Of a stretch of DNA of 64,000 nucleotides, positions 43,920 to 60,182 are shown in pieces. Location of the stretch: assembly GCA_012295275.1 (NCBI GenBank), contig CM022670.1:24924001-24988000 (forward strand). Direction: 5' to 3'. Under the pieces are notes generated by a model. The model saw only the letters and a program-made list of their open reading frames with translations, searched no databases and had not been told where the DNA came from. The DNA comes from Chrysomallon squamiferum. Its lineage: Eukaryota; Animalia; Mollusca. Within the stretch, counting starts at the first letter, position 1, and every line of letters begins with the position of its first letter. A program made the translations under genes and the position numbers.

Positions 43920-44180
43920 TCGTTACAAAAATCAAACAAACTGTTCCGTATAGTTTAATAAAATTAAAATCGCATGGGATCAATACTGTTTAAGCTAAAC
44001 AGATTATATAAAAATAATAATAAAATATATTTTAAAACAAAAAATTACAAAAAAAAAACAAAAAAAAATATAAAAATAAAAATATAAATACAATTAATAT
44101 ATTTTTAAAAAATGCTAAAAATTAAGAAAAATATATAAAATAAAAAAATTATGAATAACACAAAAAATATATAGATATAA
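43920..44180 (+). repeat. About 250-bp dispersed direct repeat of 42552-42770
   Basis: TCGTTACAAAAATCAAACAAACTGTTCCGTATAGTTTAATAAAATTAAAATCGC...ATACTGTTTAAGCTAAACAGATTATATAAAAATA is nearly identical at both sites. Confidence 0.9.
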
Positions 44181-44657
44181 ACATACAACGTATATACAAA
44201 AATGAATAAAAAAAAATAAGTTCTGAAATAACACAATTATCAGAAGAAATCTTTGAAAGTTATCGAACATTTAAAATAAATGTACTTCGCCTGGCACTAC
44301 TAACATTAATTCAGGGAGTTACATGAAATCTGCCAAGACGCATTATCAGTCGATTTACGATTTCACACTTTGGGTCGGATTTCGTAATATTTCACACTGA
44401 GAAAGCTCTGGACCAGAGATGAAGAAGCGATATTTAGTCGATTTTTAAAAAGTTATTCAGCTGATTGTTTGATTGTTTGTTTGTCCATTATTAATAGTGA
44501 TAGTGATGATAGTAGTAATGGTGATGGTGGTGATAGTGTAGTAGTAATAATAGTTGTAATATTAGATATAGTAGCAGTAGAAGAAGAAGTAGTAGTAATT
44601 GTAGTAACATTTGCAGTAGAAATAGCAGTAGCAGCACTTCAAGGAGTATTATTGGGA

Positions 44658-44754
<97 letters not shown>

Positions 44755-45930
44755 CAGCAGCAGTACAGCTAATATTGTCGCAATTGCTGCACGATTCTGA
44801 TTTTATGGTACATGATTATTCATTTTTTTAACTCATGCCTGGCGAGAGCCGTAATGAACAAATTCAATCAAATTTGTGAGCATAAAAGCATCACACTTGA
44901 AACCAGCGACGTATTTACAGCAGAATTAACACACGGATAAAGAGAAGGAGGGAGAGTGGGATATATATATAGACAGAAAGAGAGATAAAGAAAGAGAGCA
45001 AGACAGAGAGAAAAACGGAGAAACAAAAAGCGAACTGTACAAAGAGAAACAAATAGAAAAACATTCTTAATACAAAATACAAAAAGCATAAAACAGAATT
45101 AGACAGAAAGAAAGCCTGAGATAGGTAATAAATTACGTACAGCTTACAATAATGATGATGATAATAATAATACAAATAATGATAATGATATTGATGATGA
45201 TAATGGTGATGATGATGATGATTATGATAATATACAATCTGCGGCAATATTTTTACAGTTATGTATAGAAAAATTTGCGAAATTAAAATGTGATAAAGAA
45301 AGAACAAAAGAAAAGAAAAAAGAAAAGAAAAGAAAAGAAAAGAAGCTATTAATATTAAAAGATCAAAGAACCACGCTACTTACTTAGCAAACTTTGGTTT
45401 CAATGCTAATGATTTCAGTTCTTGCACTTCCACCAGCCTGCGCTTAGACACCTCCAGCAGCTCGAATTGAGTTAATATTGCTACAAGCGACACGACACAA
45501 AGGAGAAATAACACAGCTTCAGTGACTTTTATGAAACCGTGCACTGCGATGAATGAATGACTGCAAATATTATCTCAGGAAACACGGACAGCAGTTGAAA
45601 AGGAGAAGAACTACATTTCCATTATATTAGATGTCGACCAGATAAAGGCGTAATGAACTAGTAACAGCGATATTGGGCTTGTTATGAACTGCACTTGTCT
45701 TTGAAATACTGTTATGATGAAACTTGCTTCTGAATCAATGTCTTTAATGAAAACGCGTCTCAGAGGCTCGTTGGTAGCAACATAGGGTTAATCATTTTTA
45801 TGCGCTTTCATATATTTCATCTGCATGTCCAGAGCTGGCAAATTATGTTTGGTCTTGTTGTTTGTTTTATATCGTTTTCCATATTAAATCAATTAATTAA
45901 ACTGTGCATTTATTTAATTATGTAATACAA

Positions 45931-45961
<31 letters not shown>

Positions 45962-46836
45962 TTCAGACTTAATGTATTAGAGATCCTTTCTTTTTTACTC
46001 TGCTCTTTTATTTTAGCCGTATCTCTCTGTTTCTCTTTACATTTTAATTATTATTATCTCTCATAAAGACAGACAGAAATACAGCGGTAGATGAACAGAC
46101 AGCTAAAAAGGTAGATAGAAGGATAGATAGAAAACGAGACAGACAGATAATTAGATATATATACAGAAACAAATAGATTGAGATAGATAGACAGACAAAC
46201 AGACAGACAGACAGATAGATAGAAGATAGATAGACAGATAGGCACACAGATAGATAGATAGTCAGACAGATAATTATATAGGTAGGTTATAGTTAAAGGA
46301 AAACGAGAGAACAACAAAGTAACACTAATGAAAGGGTAGTGCCTGGACATTTAATTCATTTGCGAAATAAAAATCCAAACTGTCTTAATATTTCAACTCG
46401 AATGAAAAGAGCATTTCCATCCAAAGGTCCTATCACGAAGAATAATTTAATAATAAAAATTACTCGATAAATTCCGAGTGTGTGTGACGGAGAGGTGCCC
46501 TGCTTGTGAACAGTCGACCTAGGACGACATTGATTGAGTGATAAGGCAAATGAGAAGAAGTAAAAAAAGAGTACAAAATAAGTGCGGGGACAGAGTAGCT
46601 AAAAGGCTATGTTTAAAAAATAACGCGATCGTTTTACGAAGTTCTACGACTTCAATTGTAGGTTGTCATGTTTTGTGTGAGGAAAGGAAAAAAAAAAAAA
46701 AAAACGTGAGACATTATCTTGAGTGTTAAAATGTGAAATGTGATTTCAGATAGTAATTTTGTTACAGACAGAATTATTAAGTATTTATATGTTTTATTTT
46801 ACCATTCATCATAATCACTATATAATAATAATAATA

Positions 46837-46869
<33 letters not shown>

Positions 46870-49468
46870 ATTATTATTATTATTATTATATAGTGATTAT
46901 GATGAATAATAATAATAATAATTATTATTATTATTATTATTATTAAGAGCAGGCCTACTGCTACATAATCATCTTTTATTGTTTTGTTTAGAGATAACAC
47001 GCTAACAAAATTGGGTCTTTTATGTGGATTTTATTTGTCTGACATCGTATTAAAAAAACAAAAAAACAAAAAACACGCCTTATTACACGAAGATCAGTGT
47101 TTTAATTTCCTTTGTTTCTATCAATACTCATCCACATTAAACCCAGATCCGCAACATAATTTTAACACGCAAGACATTTCTACTGCATTACTTCAGTTAG
47201 TTATTTTTTCTCTTCTGTTTTTAAATCCTTTGTTCGAAACAGAGATCCACGATTTAGCTACTAACAATCGATACGAGCAATCTGGAATCCACGATACAAA
47301 TAAGAAAGATAAGGACAGAGAACATTCCTAATTGAGGCAAACGATATTGATAGTGGAAATGCAAGACGATCAACTGTACGGTCGCGTCCAGAACAAAACA
47401 ATTATCTCACAGATAACGAAGACACTCGGCGAAAACACTTTGTTAAATAATTGACGCAGTTTTCGAATTATCCCTAATTAATGTGTAATAAAGTCCTCTG
47501 TTTATATTTGTGCTACTCAACAAACACGTCTGAAGTAAAATCGTAACATGAAGCTTGCAGTGGATTATGCTCACGTATAAATAAAGTAAATGCAGTAGAT
47601 AGTTATTTATTTTTAAATGTCTGACAAAGCTATCTGACAAATTTGCTGATTTGGTCTATTAAAGTCTATTAGGTGTCTGACATGGTTTAGTAACTGAACA
47701 ATATAAAACAAGAAAAACTCTTTTGCCATCTTGGGAAAAATGTATCCCCAGATATTGGCTGTTGAGACAGTTCGCTCCATAGTCGAAATGTATGAAACAA
47801 ATGTAACATATACTATGGGCATAAACTGTATTATTATTATTATTTTTTAATTCTATGGTTAATCCAGTGAAAGATGAAATTTCACATTGTTCTTTGCAAT
47901 TAATTTTTTCATTATGTAAACGAGGAACAGAGAGCTATGCAACCATTATTTAACATTCTTACTCAATCCAGTTATGTATCGCGCAAATCGCAAGAATACA
48001 TTAATGACTTATGTCTAGATATAAGATTCGTTGTCAGCATATGTATCTGTCAATGCATCAGATGAATCCTGTATAATTTTTTAGATATTCATAATTCTTT
48101 GATTTCCATCATAATTACATTATTCATGATAAACTATTATTTTTTTTATAGTTAGATAAAGGAACTAGTTATCGCTACAATAATATTATTTATTCACAAA
48201 AAAAAAAAAAAAAAGAGGAAAATCAGAAAGGAAAGGAAGATATTGCACAGAGCTAGATTAAATGCAATAACTAAATTCACCATACAGTATCAGTAAGAAT
48301 AATATCATGATTGATAATGATGTCCGTCAACAACAACAACTATTAATAATAGTAATAATCGTAATAATTATTTAAAAAATCAGTGATGATGATGACTGTA
48401 ACAATGAAATTATGATGTTGATAATAAATATAACAACAATGATGATGAGCAGAAGACTAATACTAATTATTTTATTTATTTTAGTTATGACTTCTATTCA
48501 GAAAGAATCAAAAAGAAAGAACAAAAATTTAACAATCTTTAACGTTTTCCCCATTTCCATCACGTGACAGATCACAACAAAATAATATACAGGAAATGGT
48601 CAGCATTGCATTTGAACTTTCACGCTTCGCTGGAAACGGTAATGGGAAAAATAGCCTCACTCAAGCTTATGACCAACCAATGACTGGAAATAATCACAGC
48701 AAAGATGCCCTTAGTTGGTGCCAAGGATCTGCGGAAACTAATAATTTCTTACCATAAACCCGAGTGTCAGTCCAATTTTCGGTGTGATTAAAATTTGACA
48801 CAAAGCACCCATGTCATGTTGTTATCTCAGCTGGCATGACCTGATTGAAACGTGGCACCACTGAAAACTGATATCTCGTTATCACTGGCCCAGGGTCACA
48901 GTATCAAAAGCCTGAGCTGGTCATCATCATCACTACTGCAAAATACAGCGTACAACTCGGAAAGGAAAGATTTATGGCTGGCCACTCTTCGTTATTTCAT
49001 ACGATGTTTCCAAAAGAGAAGCTTGTTGATTCCGTTATAGATGAAAATTCGAGGAATGTGAAACATTGACGGAAGCAGTAAAACGAACATACAGAAAAGG
49101 AAAACATACCGAACAAAGAAAAGAAAGAAAGATAAAAAAAGAAAAAGGAATGGCCTATTTATTTTATCAAAATAAGAAAATACATGGAATGGCCTTATGT
49201 TTATTTACATATCGACATAGAATACATTTTGAAAAATTTTTGAAATAATTTTTTTGTTTCCACATTATATGAATTTTGTATATCATAAGAATGACGACCA
49301 TAATCATTCCTGTTAGATGTTCAACATCGGCGACAGATTTTAGCTGACTACAATTTAAATCAGTCATCATAAAATTTGAACTTGAAAGTTACTTGAAATA
49401 CTTTTATTATTTAATTATTCTTTGTGATATGACCTTTTTTCAGTCAAGCAGAAATATTAAAACAGTTT

Positions 49469-49563
<95 letters not shown>

Positions 49564-52500
49564 CCTTCTTAAAGATTTATTTAAAAATTATTCTAGATAA
49601 ATATTATAGTACACTGTACTGCGACTGGTCTCTGGTGTATCATAAACAGAGTGTGATTTGAACTTAAAACTAAAACAGCGCTGGTCATTACGGTGTCTGT
49701 TTGAGAGTACATCTGATTTGTTTAGTTAATGAATCTCAGAGCGTCACAAATTGAGAAACCCTCAGAATTAGATTTTTGTTTTCCACCAGCTGCCGAGTAA
49801 GGCTGAATATTTTGGTACGGGGAAAACCAGGATTTATTTATTCATTCATTCATTCATTTATTCATTTGCTTGTTTGGTTGTTAGATTGTTTGTTTCTTTG
49901 TTTCATTTGTTGCATGCTTGTCTGTCTTGGTTGGTTGGTTCACAATGTTTTTATATATATATAACGATAAGTTATTATTTAACATAAACGAAACAATACA
50001 ATTCAGAGACGGTACTGGAATAAATATTAAATGATATTAGTGCATTTCATGTTTTATTATATTTGTCATTTAAACCTTTCTTCTCTGCCCTAAGCTCATT
50101 TTTCTAACACCAATGTGCACTCTATTTCTCACGAATTTTTGCCAGTGCGAAAAGTATGGCAGATTAGCTATGGAAACAAGCAAGAAAGGAAATTCGGGAG
50201 AAAGTAGCTAAACCTCTCAAGTGATCAGTTTAACAAACTGACTCAACTTGGGAAGCTTCTTGACGCCTTCTGTATAATGCTATTAATGGTAGGTCGAATT
50301 CGCACTTTTGTGATGAACCGAACTCAGATTAGCTCAGTACTTCGTTCTTAATCGCAAGTTAGACTCCAGTCGAAAGTTCGTCAAAACTGTTCTTGTCAGT
50401 ACTGAGAGGGTCACTATCGATATAACCTGAGCCAGAACGGGGCAAGAACTTTCTTAGCTCAGCTGTCTATTACTAATAGTAAATAAATGTAATAAAGATC
50501 ACAAACGTCAAAGTTTTCCTTATCATTACGTATAGCTGTAACTTATTTATTTATTTATGATTATTATTACATCTAATACTACCACTGCTACCACTGCTTT
50601 TGTTGCTGCTGTTATTGCTACTACTATACTACTCCTTCTGCTATGCTCATCAGTTACTATCACTACTACTACTGGTAATATTACGTTTAGTATTAAATTT
50701 TATAGTCATTTTTGCTAATAGTTACTGATGCTTTTCTTTAAATGCATTAAGTACATAAATCCATTAATAGTAACACAAACACGCACACGTAAAGAGACAA
50801 AATATACTAGCGTATAAGATATATGTCAATCATCTTTCATAAACCTAGGATAGAGAAAAAAAACGTTTAATTTGTTAGCTGAGGTTTTATTTTATATTTT
50901 GTTTTATTAAACAGATTAAAATGTGATTTTTCACGCTTCACGTCTTATTTTTCACTATTCAGATGAATTCACAGATGACATTGTAATGTAATAATGAACA
51001 CCAAACAACACAAATTAATATTTATACAGTTACAAATATCAGTGAATACATAGACAAATATGTACTGCAGATGCACAAACATCTATGATAATTTAATATA
51101 ATGCCATTAATAAATAAAAAAATGATGCTTCGTAATAAAAATCGATGCTACTGATGTTCAGTTAAAACATAATCATCGATTATTTAGTTGCAGCTAAAGA
51201 TTACAAAGAAATAAATAACTTTTTTCAAACCTATGCATTGATATACATTTCTAAGTATAAGACAGAGATTTTAAATATAAAATCAGACAAACGAGTATTT
51301 TAACCTATGAATTACAATTAATATACAGTAAAAACTTGGACTATTCCACATATCTTAATATTTATTCTATAAATCAACAAACTTATAATAAAGGGGTAAA
51401 AAAAAATCTTCTCCTTTTTTTTTTTTTTTGTTTTTAAGCGGTAAAATGATCTGCTATTAAATATAAATGATTCTAACTTACCTGGCAATCACATCGCTAC
51501 AGAGAAGGCTTAGTTCTTTTCAAATTCGTGGCGAGTGATTTTCTTTCACTTCTCAGCTGAAGATCGATGAAGGGGACTGTACCAAATAACGCTTCCCATC
51601 GCTTCGTGATGCGCCGCCTCGATCGTTGTGTATCAGTGAGTTTGTTTAATTTATTGCAGCCCCAGACTTCTTGTGACACTTTAACCACTGTGCATCGGGA
51701 ACATTAGACTTTTTTTTTTTTTCTCTCTCTCTCTCTCATCTGTTAGGAGGAACAAACTCGAGATACTTAAAATGAATTAGCCACTAAACTTTTAAGAACT
51801 ATTTAAAGACGTTTACGATCGTAAAACGTGTTAAAATTTAATTAGAATTGGATTTATATTGGCAAGAGGAGGCAAATTCTAATTAAGTAACCAAGATGGT
51901 GCAATGGCAGACAGTATACACCGTACTCTGTAAATGAAAATATATAGTTGAAAACTGCCGCTTCTGTTACTACAGCTATGACAACTACTGTTGCTATTAT
52001 TTCTAGTTCTGCTGCTAAAAAAAACAAAACAAAAAATAAAAATAAAAAGTTAAAAAAACAAAAACGAAAAAGAAACATACAACCAATTTCTTCGATGTTC
52101 AAGTCATTTGTTAAGCTTAAATTCAGAAGAGAATTCTGTCTCTTTTTCCAATAAAAATAAAAACAATTGTAAACTTCTGATTTCATTTAGATCATATCAC
52201 AATTATAATAAATTTGGCACTGCGAATAAAACGACAAACTCCCGCTTGAATTGCACCATAAAATACTAAAATAATGTCCCCTAGCAACGTGGACTTCATT
52301 ATTTTCAACTAAATACATCAGTCGCCAATCAGAAATCCAAATACTTGGGACTTATTGTTTCTGTAATGAAACAATTATATTTGAAAATAAAAATGTCACA
52401 TGTAATATATTATATCAGTAGGTTACTTACATTCAGTGATCTTTAAATCATTTATTTTTAGAATTTCATTATTTTCGTCGAAACCGTTCTTTTGAGTCAG

Positions 52501-52729
52501 ACAGGAGTCATCTGTACTTAGTTGATTCTGATTTTGATTTTCTTTGATTTGCTTGTTCTTGTTTAGTTTTTTGTGTGTATATGTTTCTGTGTGTTGTGTG
52601 TGTGTATATGCGCGTGTGTGTATGTGTATGTGTGTATTGCTTTCATATCTTTCTTAATATAAAATGACAGAATACTCGTGTACACGAAAGACCATCACAG
52701 TTATTATTACCTAGAAACAGATCGCTGGT

Positions 52730-52840
52730 CAGGGATTCACAGACAGGGATTCACAGACAGGGATTCACAGACAGGGATTCACAGACAGGGATTCACAGAC
52801 AGGGATTCACAGACAGGGATTCACAGACAGGGTTCCACGA
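52730..52840. repeat. Minisatellite, 14-bp unit CAGGGATTCACAGA, 7 perfect copies plus one degenerate
   Basis: Read directly from the sequence. Confidence 0.97.
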
Positions 52841-52977
52841 GGCATTAATATTTCGCGAATCCTCTAAAAGGGACTCAGAACAAACACGTAAAACTTACAT
52901 TGTTAATATATTAATATATACATTTATCAGCGTACACTGCATGACGGTTCCTCGGCGAACTTGTACATAAAAAGACA

Positions 52978-53023
<46 letters not shown>

Positions 53024-54063
53024 TAGACCGACAGAGACACAGACAAAAACAATCAAAGGGGATTCCGAAACCATAAAACTACCGGGAATCACAAGTGTAG
53101 ATTGTAATAAAAAAAGTTGATGAAGAAATTTAATAACCTGACGTCAAGTACGCGATTTGCTGTCAAAACAAACATTGGTAATTTGCTCTGTATTATAATT
53201 ATAAATCACAAAATAAATGATTTTACGCTTCTTATTAATAATTAGGTGAATACAGCTTCTAATGTAACTCTTTCTTCAGATGATGCAAAGTTAATGTTTA
53301 AACTACATGTTTACTTTTACTAAAGAAATAACATATTTTAAGAATTTATTTATTTATTTATTAATGTTGTTGTTGTTGTTATTTTTATTGGTTCGAGATT
53401 ACAGCAATAATAGTTTTAAAAATGCTATCACTTTTCTATAACATTTTATAATGAATGTACCAACGAATGAAAAAAATAAAAAATAAACGTACATATTTGA
53501 ACGAATGAGTCAGTAAATAAAAGAATAATTATTTTTGAGAAAGAAAAAAAAAACATGTAATAAAACAACTGTAACACTGGCGCCAGAAGAATTTAGTACA
53601 CAGCTTCAGTATTATACTGATCTGACAATTTTATATAAATTTATAACAAATCTTCTATTTTTATGTGCAATTTTGTTTCACCAGAAAAAGTCTGCAACGC
53701 TTCCATAGCGTTTACTTAATTAACTACAGAAAAAAGAGAGAGAGAGTAATACTTCACAGAATGATTTTTTCTCTTCAAATTACTACTACGTACTGTGAAA
53801 TTTGTCCAATATCCCGTTGTCTCATTGAACTGCTTCGCGTTTTCCAGCTGACAGCAGACTGACTTGATGCTCAGTACACAGGGAGGAATTTAACAGTCCA
53901 GAAATGTAATGGCTGCTAATTAAAAAGAGATATTGTACTGATTGAACGATACTGTGTCCTTTACGTCGTCAGTCGAAACTGATACATTACTGTATTACAT
54001 CAGCTGTTACTATTACAACTACAACTGTTGCTGTTACTGCAGTTATTACTACTTAAACTGCTG

Positions 54064-54111
<48 letters not shown>

Positions 54112-54441
54112 GTACTACTACTATTAATACTTCTGCTTGTGCTAGCACTATATCTGTTTATACCACCATCATGTTTTTTTGTTTTTTTTAAATAATAAAA
54201 ATTAAATTAAGTTGAATAATAATAATAATAAAACAAATCATTTTTAAAAATATATATACATTTTTTTTTTTTTTTTTTTTTTTTCGCAAGTTTGGACCTA
54301 TATAATGAAACTGATGGTTTTTATTCTGGTTTGCTTTATTTTTTTTTTTTTGAACATTAATTAATCGTTTATTATCGTCTTGCTAACATTGGTGACAGGA
54401 ATCGAGCAATCTCGTGACTTGCATTCTGTTTCTTAAAAGGA

Positions 54442-54487
<46 letters not shown>

Positions 54488-55092
54488 GAGAAAAAGAAGG
54501 AAGAGAGCGAAACAGTGAAACTCACTATTTAGAATACATTGTTTTTTCGTTAGAATTTTTTTTTAACATCAAATATCGCTAAACTAGATTTAAAAGCTTG
54601 CTCTGATGACTTTTCCGGTCGATCGATACCAAATAGTGATGTTAATTCAGAAATTGACTTTAAATTTAAATTATTTCGTGGTTTGCATGTAAGGGAAATC
54701 TATTCGGGATTACAAGAGGCAAAAAACGAGTACAAATGTCAGAGAAAAACGGCCACCTAATGACGTCTCTTGACTATTCAGAAACTGTTGAAAGTGTTTT
54801 TCTGTCGATGTTAGTTTTTTTAAAGATATTCTACGTTGTATAAATTAACAACCTGATCTGAATACTAAACAGTTTCATAGAAATCAATTATTTTCACTCA
54901 CATTTTAAATTTTATTACACTGGCATTTGTATCATATGGTAATTGGCTTTGATACATCAGTCCTGTGATTAGAATGCTAAATAATTTTCACTCCAACTAT
55001 ATAATTTACTATTTTTGTTTCTTCACTCCAGCTATTAATCATTATATATACAGACATACAACAGAGACAGAAAGAGAAACATGCATACATAC

Positions 55093-55199
<107 letters not shown>

Positions 55200-57308
55200 G
55201 AGAGAGAAAGAGATATACACACATACACATAGGTAAACAAACACATACACATATACACAGACCGTTGGATAGATTAGACATAGAGAGATGTATAAATGTG
55301 TATATATATGGATGGATGGAAAGAATGACAGATAAGAAAGACGGGCCGACAGACAGAGCGGTAGATATTTAGAGACTGATGAACATATTGAAAGACAGAT
55401 ACACAGAAAGTTTATCATATAAAAGTTCTGGATGAGTTACAACCTCCTCAGCTCAATGCAGATCTGAGTCGTTCAAATTTAAAATGATGATGTCGTGCAG
55501 AGTTTCTTTTTTGTTTTCTTGTCAATAAAAAAAAAAGGAAAACGAAAATGAAATGAAATGAACAGAAGAAAAAAAAAAAATCACCTAAAATTTTGTCTTC
55601 CTGGGAAATAAAACATTCATTATCTTCAATAGACGGATATACACTCAGCTGCTGACAGAACGCCGTGCAAAAAAAAAAAAAAAAAAAAAACAAGACTAGC
55701 GAAAGGAGCCGGCTTGACGTGACCAAACAAACGATAATTTCTCCCAGATTGCGCTGATCTCGAAAGCAAAGTGTAAACCCGAACCATTTATAAGGTGACT
55801 GAGCCAAGATGTTTATTACTTCTTCGATGTGCGGATCAATATCTTAATCACGATTATTTAAAGCTTTGAGAGCAGTGGTCATCTCTCGTCATTGATTTTG
55901 TAATTCTGACTGATCTATTGTTCAACACCCATTACAGAATTGGCAGTATCCAAATCTGCTAATTGCCTCGTCGCCTCGCAGACAGGTCCGCTGATGTGCA
56001 GCCTTTTAGCGACGACAGCAGCCATTAAAGTGTTACCTAAAATGACGACGTGAGAAAGATGATAGAGAAGGAAAAATAAAAATGTACAGGCATTTTACTT
56101 GAGCATTCGTTTATAATCTACATATGATTGTTGCAGCTATAATTTTGTAGTATAGCAAGCTGGTTAAACTTGATTAATCTGTGATCAGCTTTGTGTAAAA
56201 AACTTCGATGTTTGTTTTATTATTATATCCATATTTTGTAGCAAACTTTTTATATAAAGTTATTAAAATTCGATAAAAAAATATTTGAGAAATCTTGTTT
56301 AAAACACTTGTATGTTTCATTTATCACTCTAAGTTATGTCTAACACTAAAAGGTCTGGTAGATCATACCCTTATCTGTCTATGCAAAAACACGCACAAAA
56401 TAACATATATTTGTACTTATTTAGAACCACAAATATCGAATAAGCAATATACATACATACACATATATACGGAAGCGCGCGCACACACGCCCACATAGAA
56501 AAATCTACGTGTAAGCACGTGTGATTATATCTGTGTATGTTTCTACACAAAAATCAATTCAGAAAGCGAAATTTACGAAGACTAGAAAACATTTTGCAGT
56601 AATCAGTCTAAGTATGAAGCAGGCCAGATATACTCCATTACTGTTCTGATTTCTCTTGAGAGTTAAAAGACAGACTGGGGCGTTAGTCTGCGTAATTCAC
56701 CATAGTGTGCCTGTAACCAATAGTGTCCTTTATCATCATTTTAACAGAAAACAAATTTAACATTTCACAAGTTCACGCGAAACTGAATTATTTTTGTGAG
56801 CCATATATCTTCGGCGACGAGTTGGCGCATTAATATTAAACATTTTACTGTGTTTGCAATTTCTCTCAACAAATTGGTTTTCATTGCAGTGAAGGAATCG
56901 ATAAATGAATTTTAAATCTATAAGGAAACTAATTTATCCAGTCTAGCCATCTCGGGGTGAACTACAATCTTTAAAAAAAAAAAAAAACACCAATGAAAAA
57001 AAAACACTAATATACATTTTACCGAACTACACCGTTAGGACAGTTCGCGATTGTAACGGTAATGTATTTTGTGTGCTTTCATACAAAGATATACAGAATA
57101 CTTTTTAAAATGTAATTTTCTTTTTTATGAAAAAATTAAATACATTTAAATCATTTGAAGATTTTTCATTTTTTTTCATTTTTATTCATAAGCAAAGTAA
57201 ATATAAAATTATCTGTCTTTTCAGTGCTACAGTGGGAATAAGAAAATCAAAGAAGAAAACAGCGACCGAGAGATAGATAGTTAGATAGATAGATAGATAG
57301 ATAGATAG

Positions 57309-57403
<95 letters not shown>

Positions 57404-57737
57404 TGAAATGAGTGAAAGATAGAAAGGCAATAAATAAAACAATATTCCTTTTCATTAGCAGAAATTAACAATTTTATATTGCATCTGCGGTGAAAGAGAC
57501 CGTTTTAATAGGCAGCTGTCAGATTATTTAGTTATATCTTCAAAAATAGTGACCTGTTTCAGGTTTTGTTACTAATGTTATTTGGAGCAGTGTAATATAC
57601 TCGTTATTCTATAGTCTCTTTGTCGGTATTTGCCTAATCTATAGACGAATTTCCCTTTAGGAATATTAGAATTTATAATGAAATAAATATTAGTAAGATA
57701 TCTGGTAATGTACGATTATGTTGTTCTGGTGTTTCGG

Positions 57738-57770
<33 letters not shown>

Positions 57771-58864
57771 CTATTTCAGTGTTGATACTTAAATTTCAGA
57801 GAGATTTTGAATATAGCCGCAGACAAAATTAAAGGAGTCCATATCAGAAACTGCCCACCTTCGAAACAAAAATTTTAAAAAAAGAAAATAAGAAATAAAA
57901 AAAAGATTGGCATTATTAAATATTCTCTTGCCTGCCTATTAATAATTTTACAATTTATGGTATTAGTGAAAAAAAAAAATAATAATAATAAATATTAAAA
58001 AATTAAAACGGTTGTTAGGTTAAGACTAATAATATATACTTTGTTAATACACTCGGCGAAATGTCGAGATCAAGTATCATTAACAATAATTTTTTCTTTA
58101 CAGAGTCTAACGTTCAGAAACTGCCACATCTTTCTGAAAGCTATATATTTGAACAAGTGCTAACACTTACCAAATTTTCGGAAAAGTGTATTCAACAATG
58201 CATTCAACAAAATATTTTGTGTTAATGATGTATGTGGCCCAAAGCATTTTGTTACAATTCTGAGTGGAAATTGCTTTTATTTGTTTAGTTTTCTAATCCG
58301 TTTACCTAACTCTAACATCTATTTGCTTTTCAGCGGCAAATTAAATCAGTTCCTTTTCATCTCGAGAGATCTCGTTTTCACAGGAAATAACTTGTTAACG
58401 ACCACTTTAATGCGCCGGAAGAGTTGTCAGTCCGCTCTGTGTGTCCAATCTCCAACCTGCGGCTCTTCGCGGCACTTCACGGCAATCAATAACATCGCAG
58501 TCGTACGAGTCCGATTTGGCAATCGGTCTGCTGCTGCCTGTATCCATTTTCCCATCCTGATGAATTCACAGAATTGCTAAGTGTTTCTGAGGAGCAGATA
58601 CGAACGTAAATACAAGGAAATGGGAGAAAATTCTAGTCTGCATCCAAAATATTTTACTGCCAACCTGATGTTTTACCTTCATAACGAAACTTTTTCAGTT
58701 TGCAAACATTTTCCAACATAACGATAGTGACACTGTAACAGGTCGGCTATGAGATGATGTATATTATCATTTAACAGTCCTTATTATAAAGACCTACTTC
58801 GTATCTAAGAAGAGGAAAAATTATTATTTTCAACTACAAACTTTTTAAAATTACCAGTATTGTC

Positions 58865-58969
<105 letters not shown>

Positions 58970-59639
58970 ATATATGTATGTATATAAGTATGTGTACGTA
59001 TATTTGTGTCTGTGTCTATGTATGGATGTTTGATGGATGGATATTTGGATAAAAAAGCTGGATTATGTGTTTTATTCAAATAATATTTTATCTGCATATA
59101 GCTGTCTTGTCTTGTGTACTTTGTACCACAGTCTTTGGCAGACTCAAACACCAAACTTAATATCTAGAAATAAAAAATAAAAAATTGTTGCATGATTCGA
59201 TGTGTCTGGTAATACGAAAGGAATATATTCATTTCAAATAAAAATTCACATTAATGTGATTAGTAGTATGTTTGCTCACAGCTTGTTCGTTTCTGACAAC
59301 CAAAATCTCTTTTTCGTTTATTAAATAGAAAATGAAAGAACGGAAAAGCCCGAAAACACGAAAGACATTTATATTCAATTATTAAAATTACTGTTTGCAT
59401 GGAGAATGAATAAATGTGATTATTTTCTTGTATTTTTTATTTTCATTTTCCACGTATTAAATTTTCCTGAAATATTTTAAAGTGGTAGCAAGTACAGTAT
59501 TTAAATTTAAGTATTCGGTTTTTTATAGTACTAATAATCTATTAGTGGCAGTGGTTTGGTATTATTAGTAGTATTGGCAGTAGTGATAGCTGTAGTAGTA
59601 ATAGTAGTAGTGACAGTTGAAATTGTAGTAGTAGAATAA

Positions 59640-59720
<81 letters not shown>

Positions 59721-60125
59721 CAGACATTAGTTTTGTCTCACATTCCTAGTTTATTTGATAAACTGAATAAGAGAGGGACATAAATAATGTGCTTTTGAAA
59801 TAATCGTTTACCCTGTCCAGAGTTAGTCCCCTTGATCTGGGGAACAGTAATTTACATAGCAAAAAGAATAAGAAAAAAAACAACAAAAAAACATATAAAA
59901 CATTAAGTTTACTTGCACTGGCTCGTGAATTAAAAACATCCATGCTGGCATTGTAACGAAGCAGTCTTCGTCCTGTGAATCTCTGAACACAAGCTAGCAT
60001 CGGAATCTAATTCTCTTACGTTATATCACAAGACAAAATTACCGATATGAATAAATTAAGAACATCATTCTGTTGTAACTAAAACTTTATGAATCTACCT
60101 TCAGTATAAACTATCCTCGTACAGG

Positions 60126-60182
<57 letters not shown>

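Noticed and set aside
52730-52840. 14-bp array as CRISPR or telomeric repeat
   Set aside because: No spacers, and the unit is not TTAGGG.
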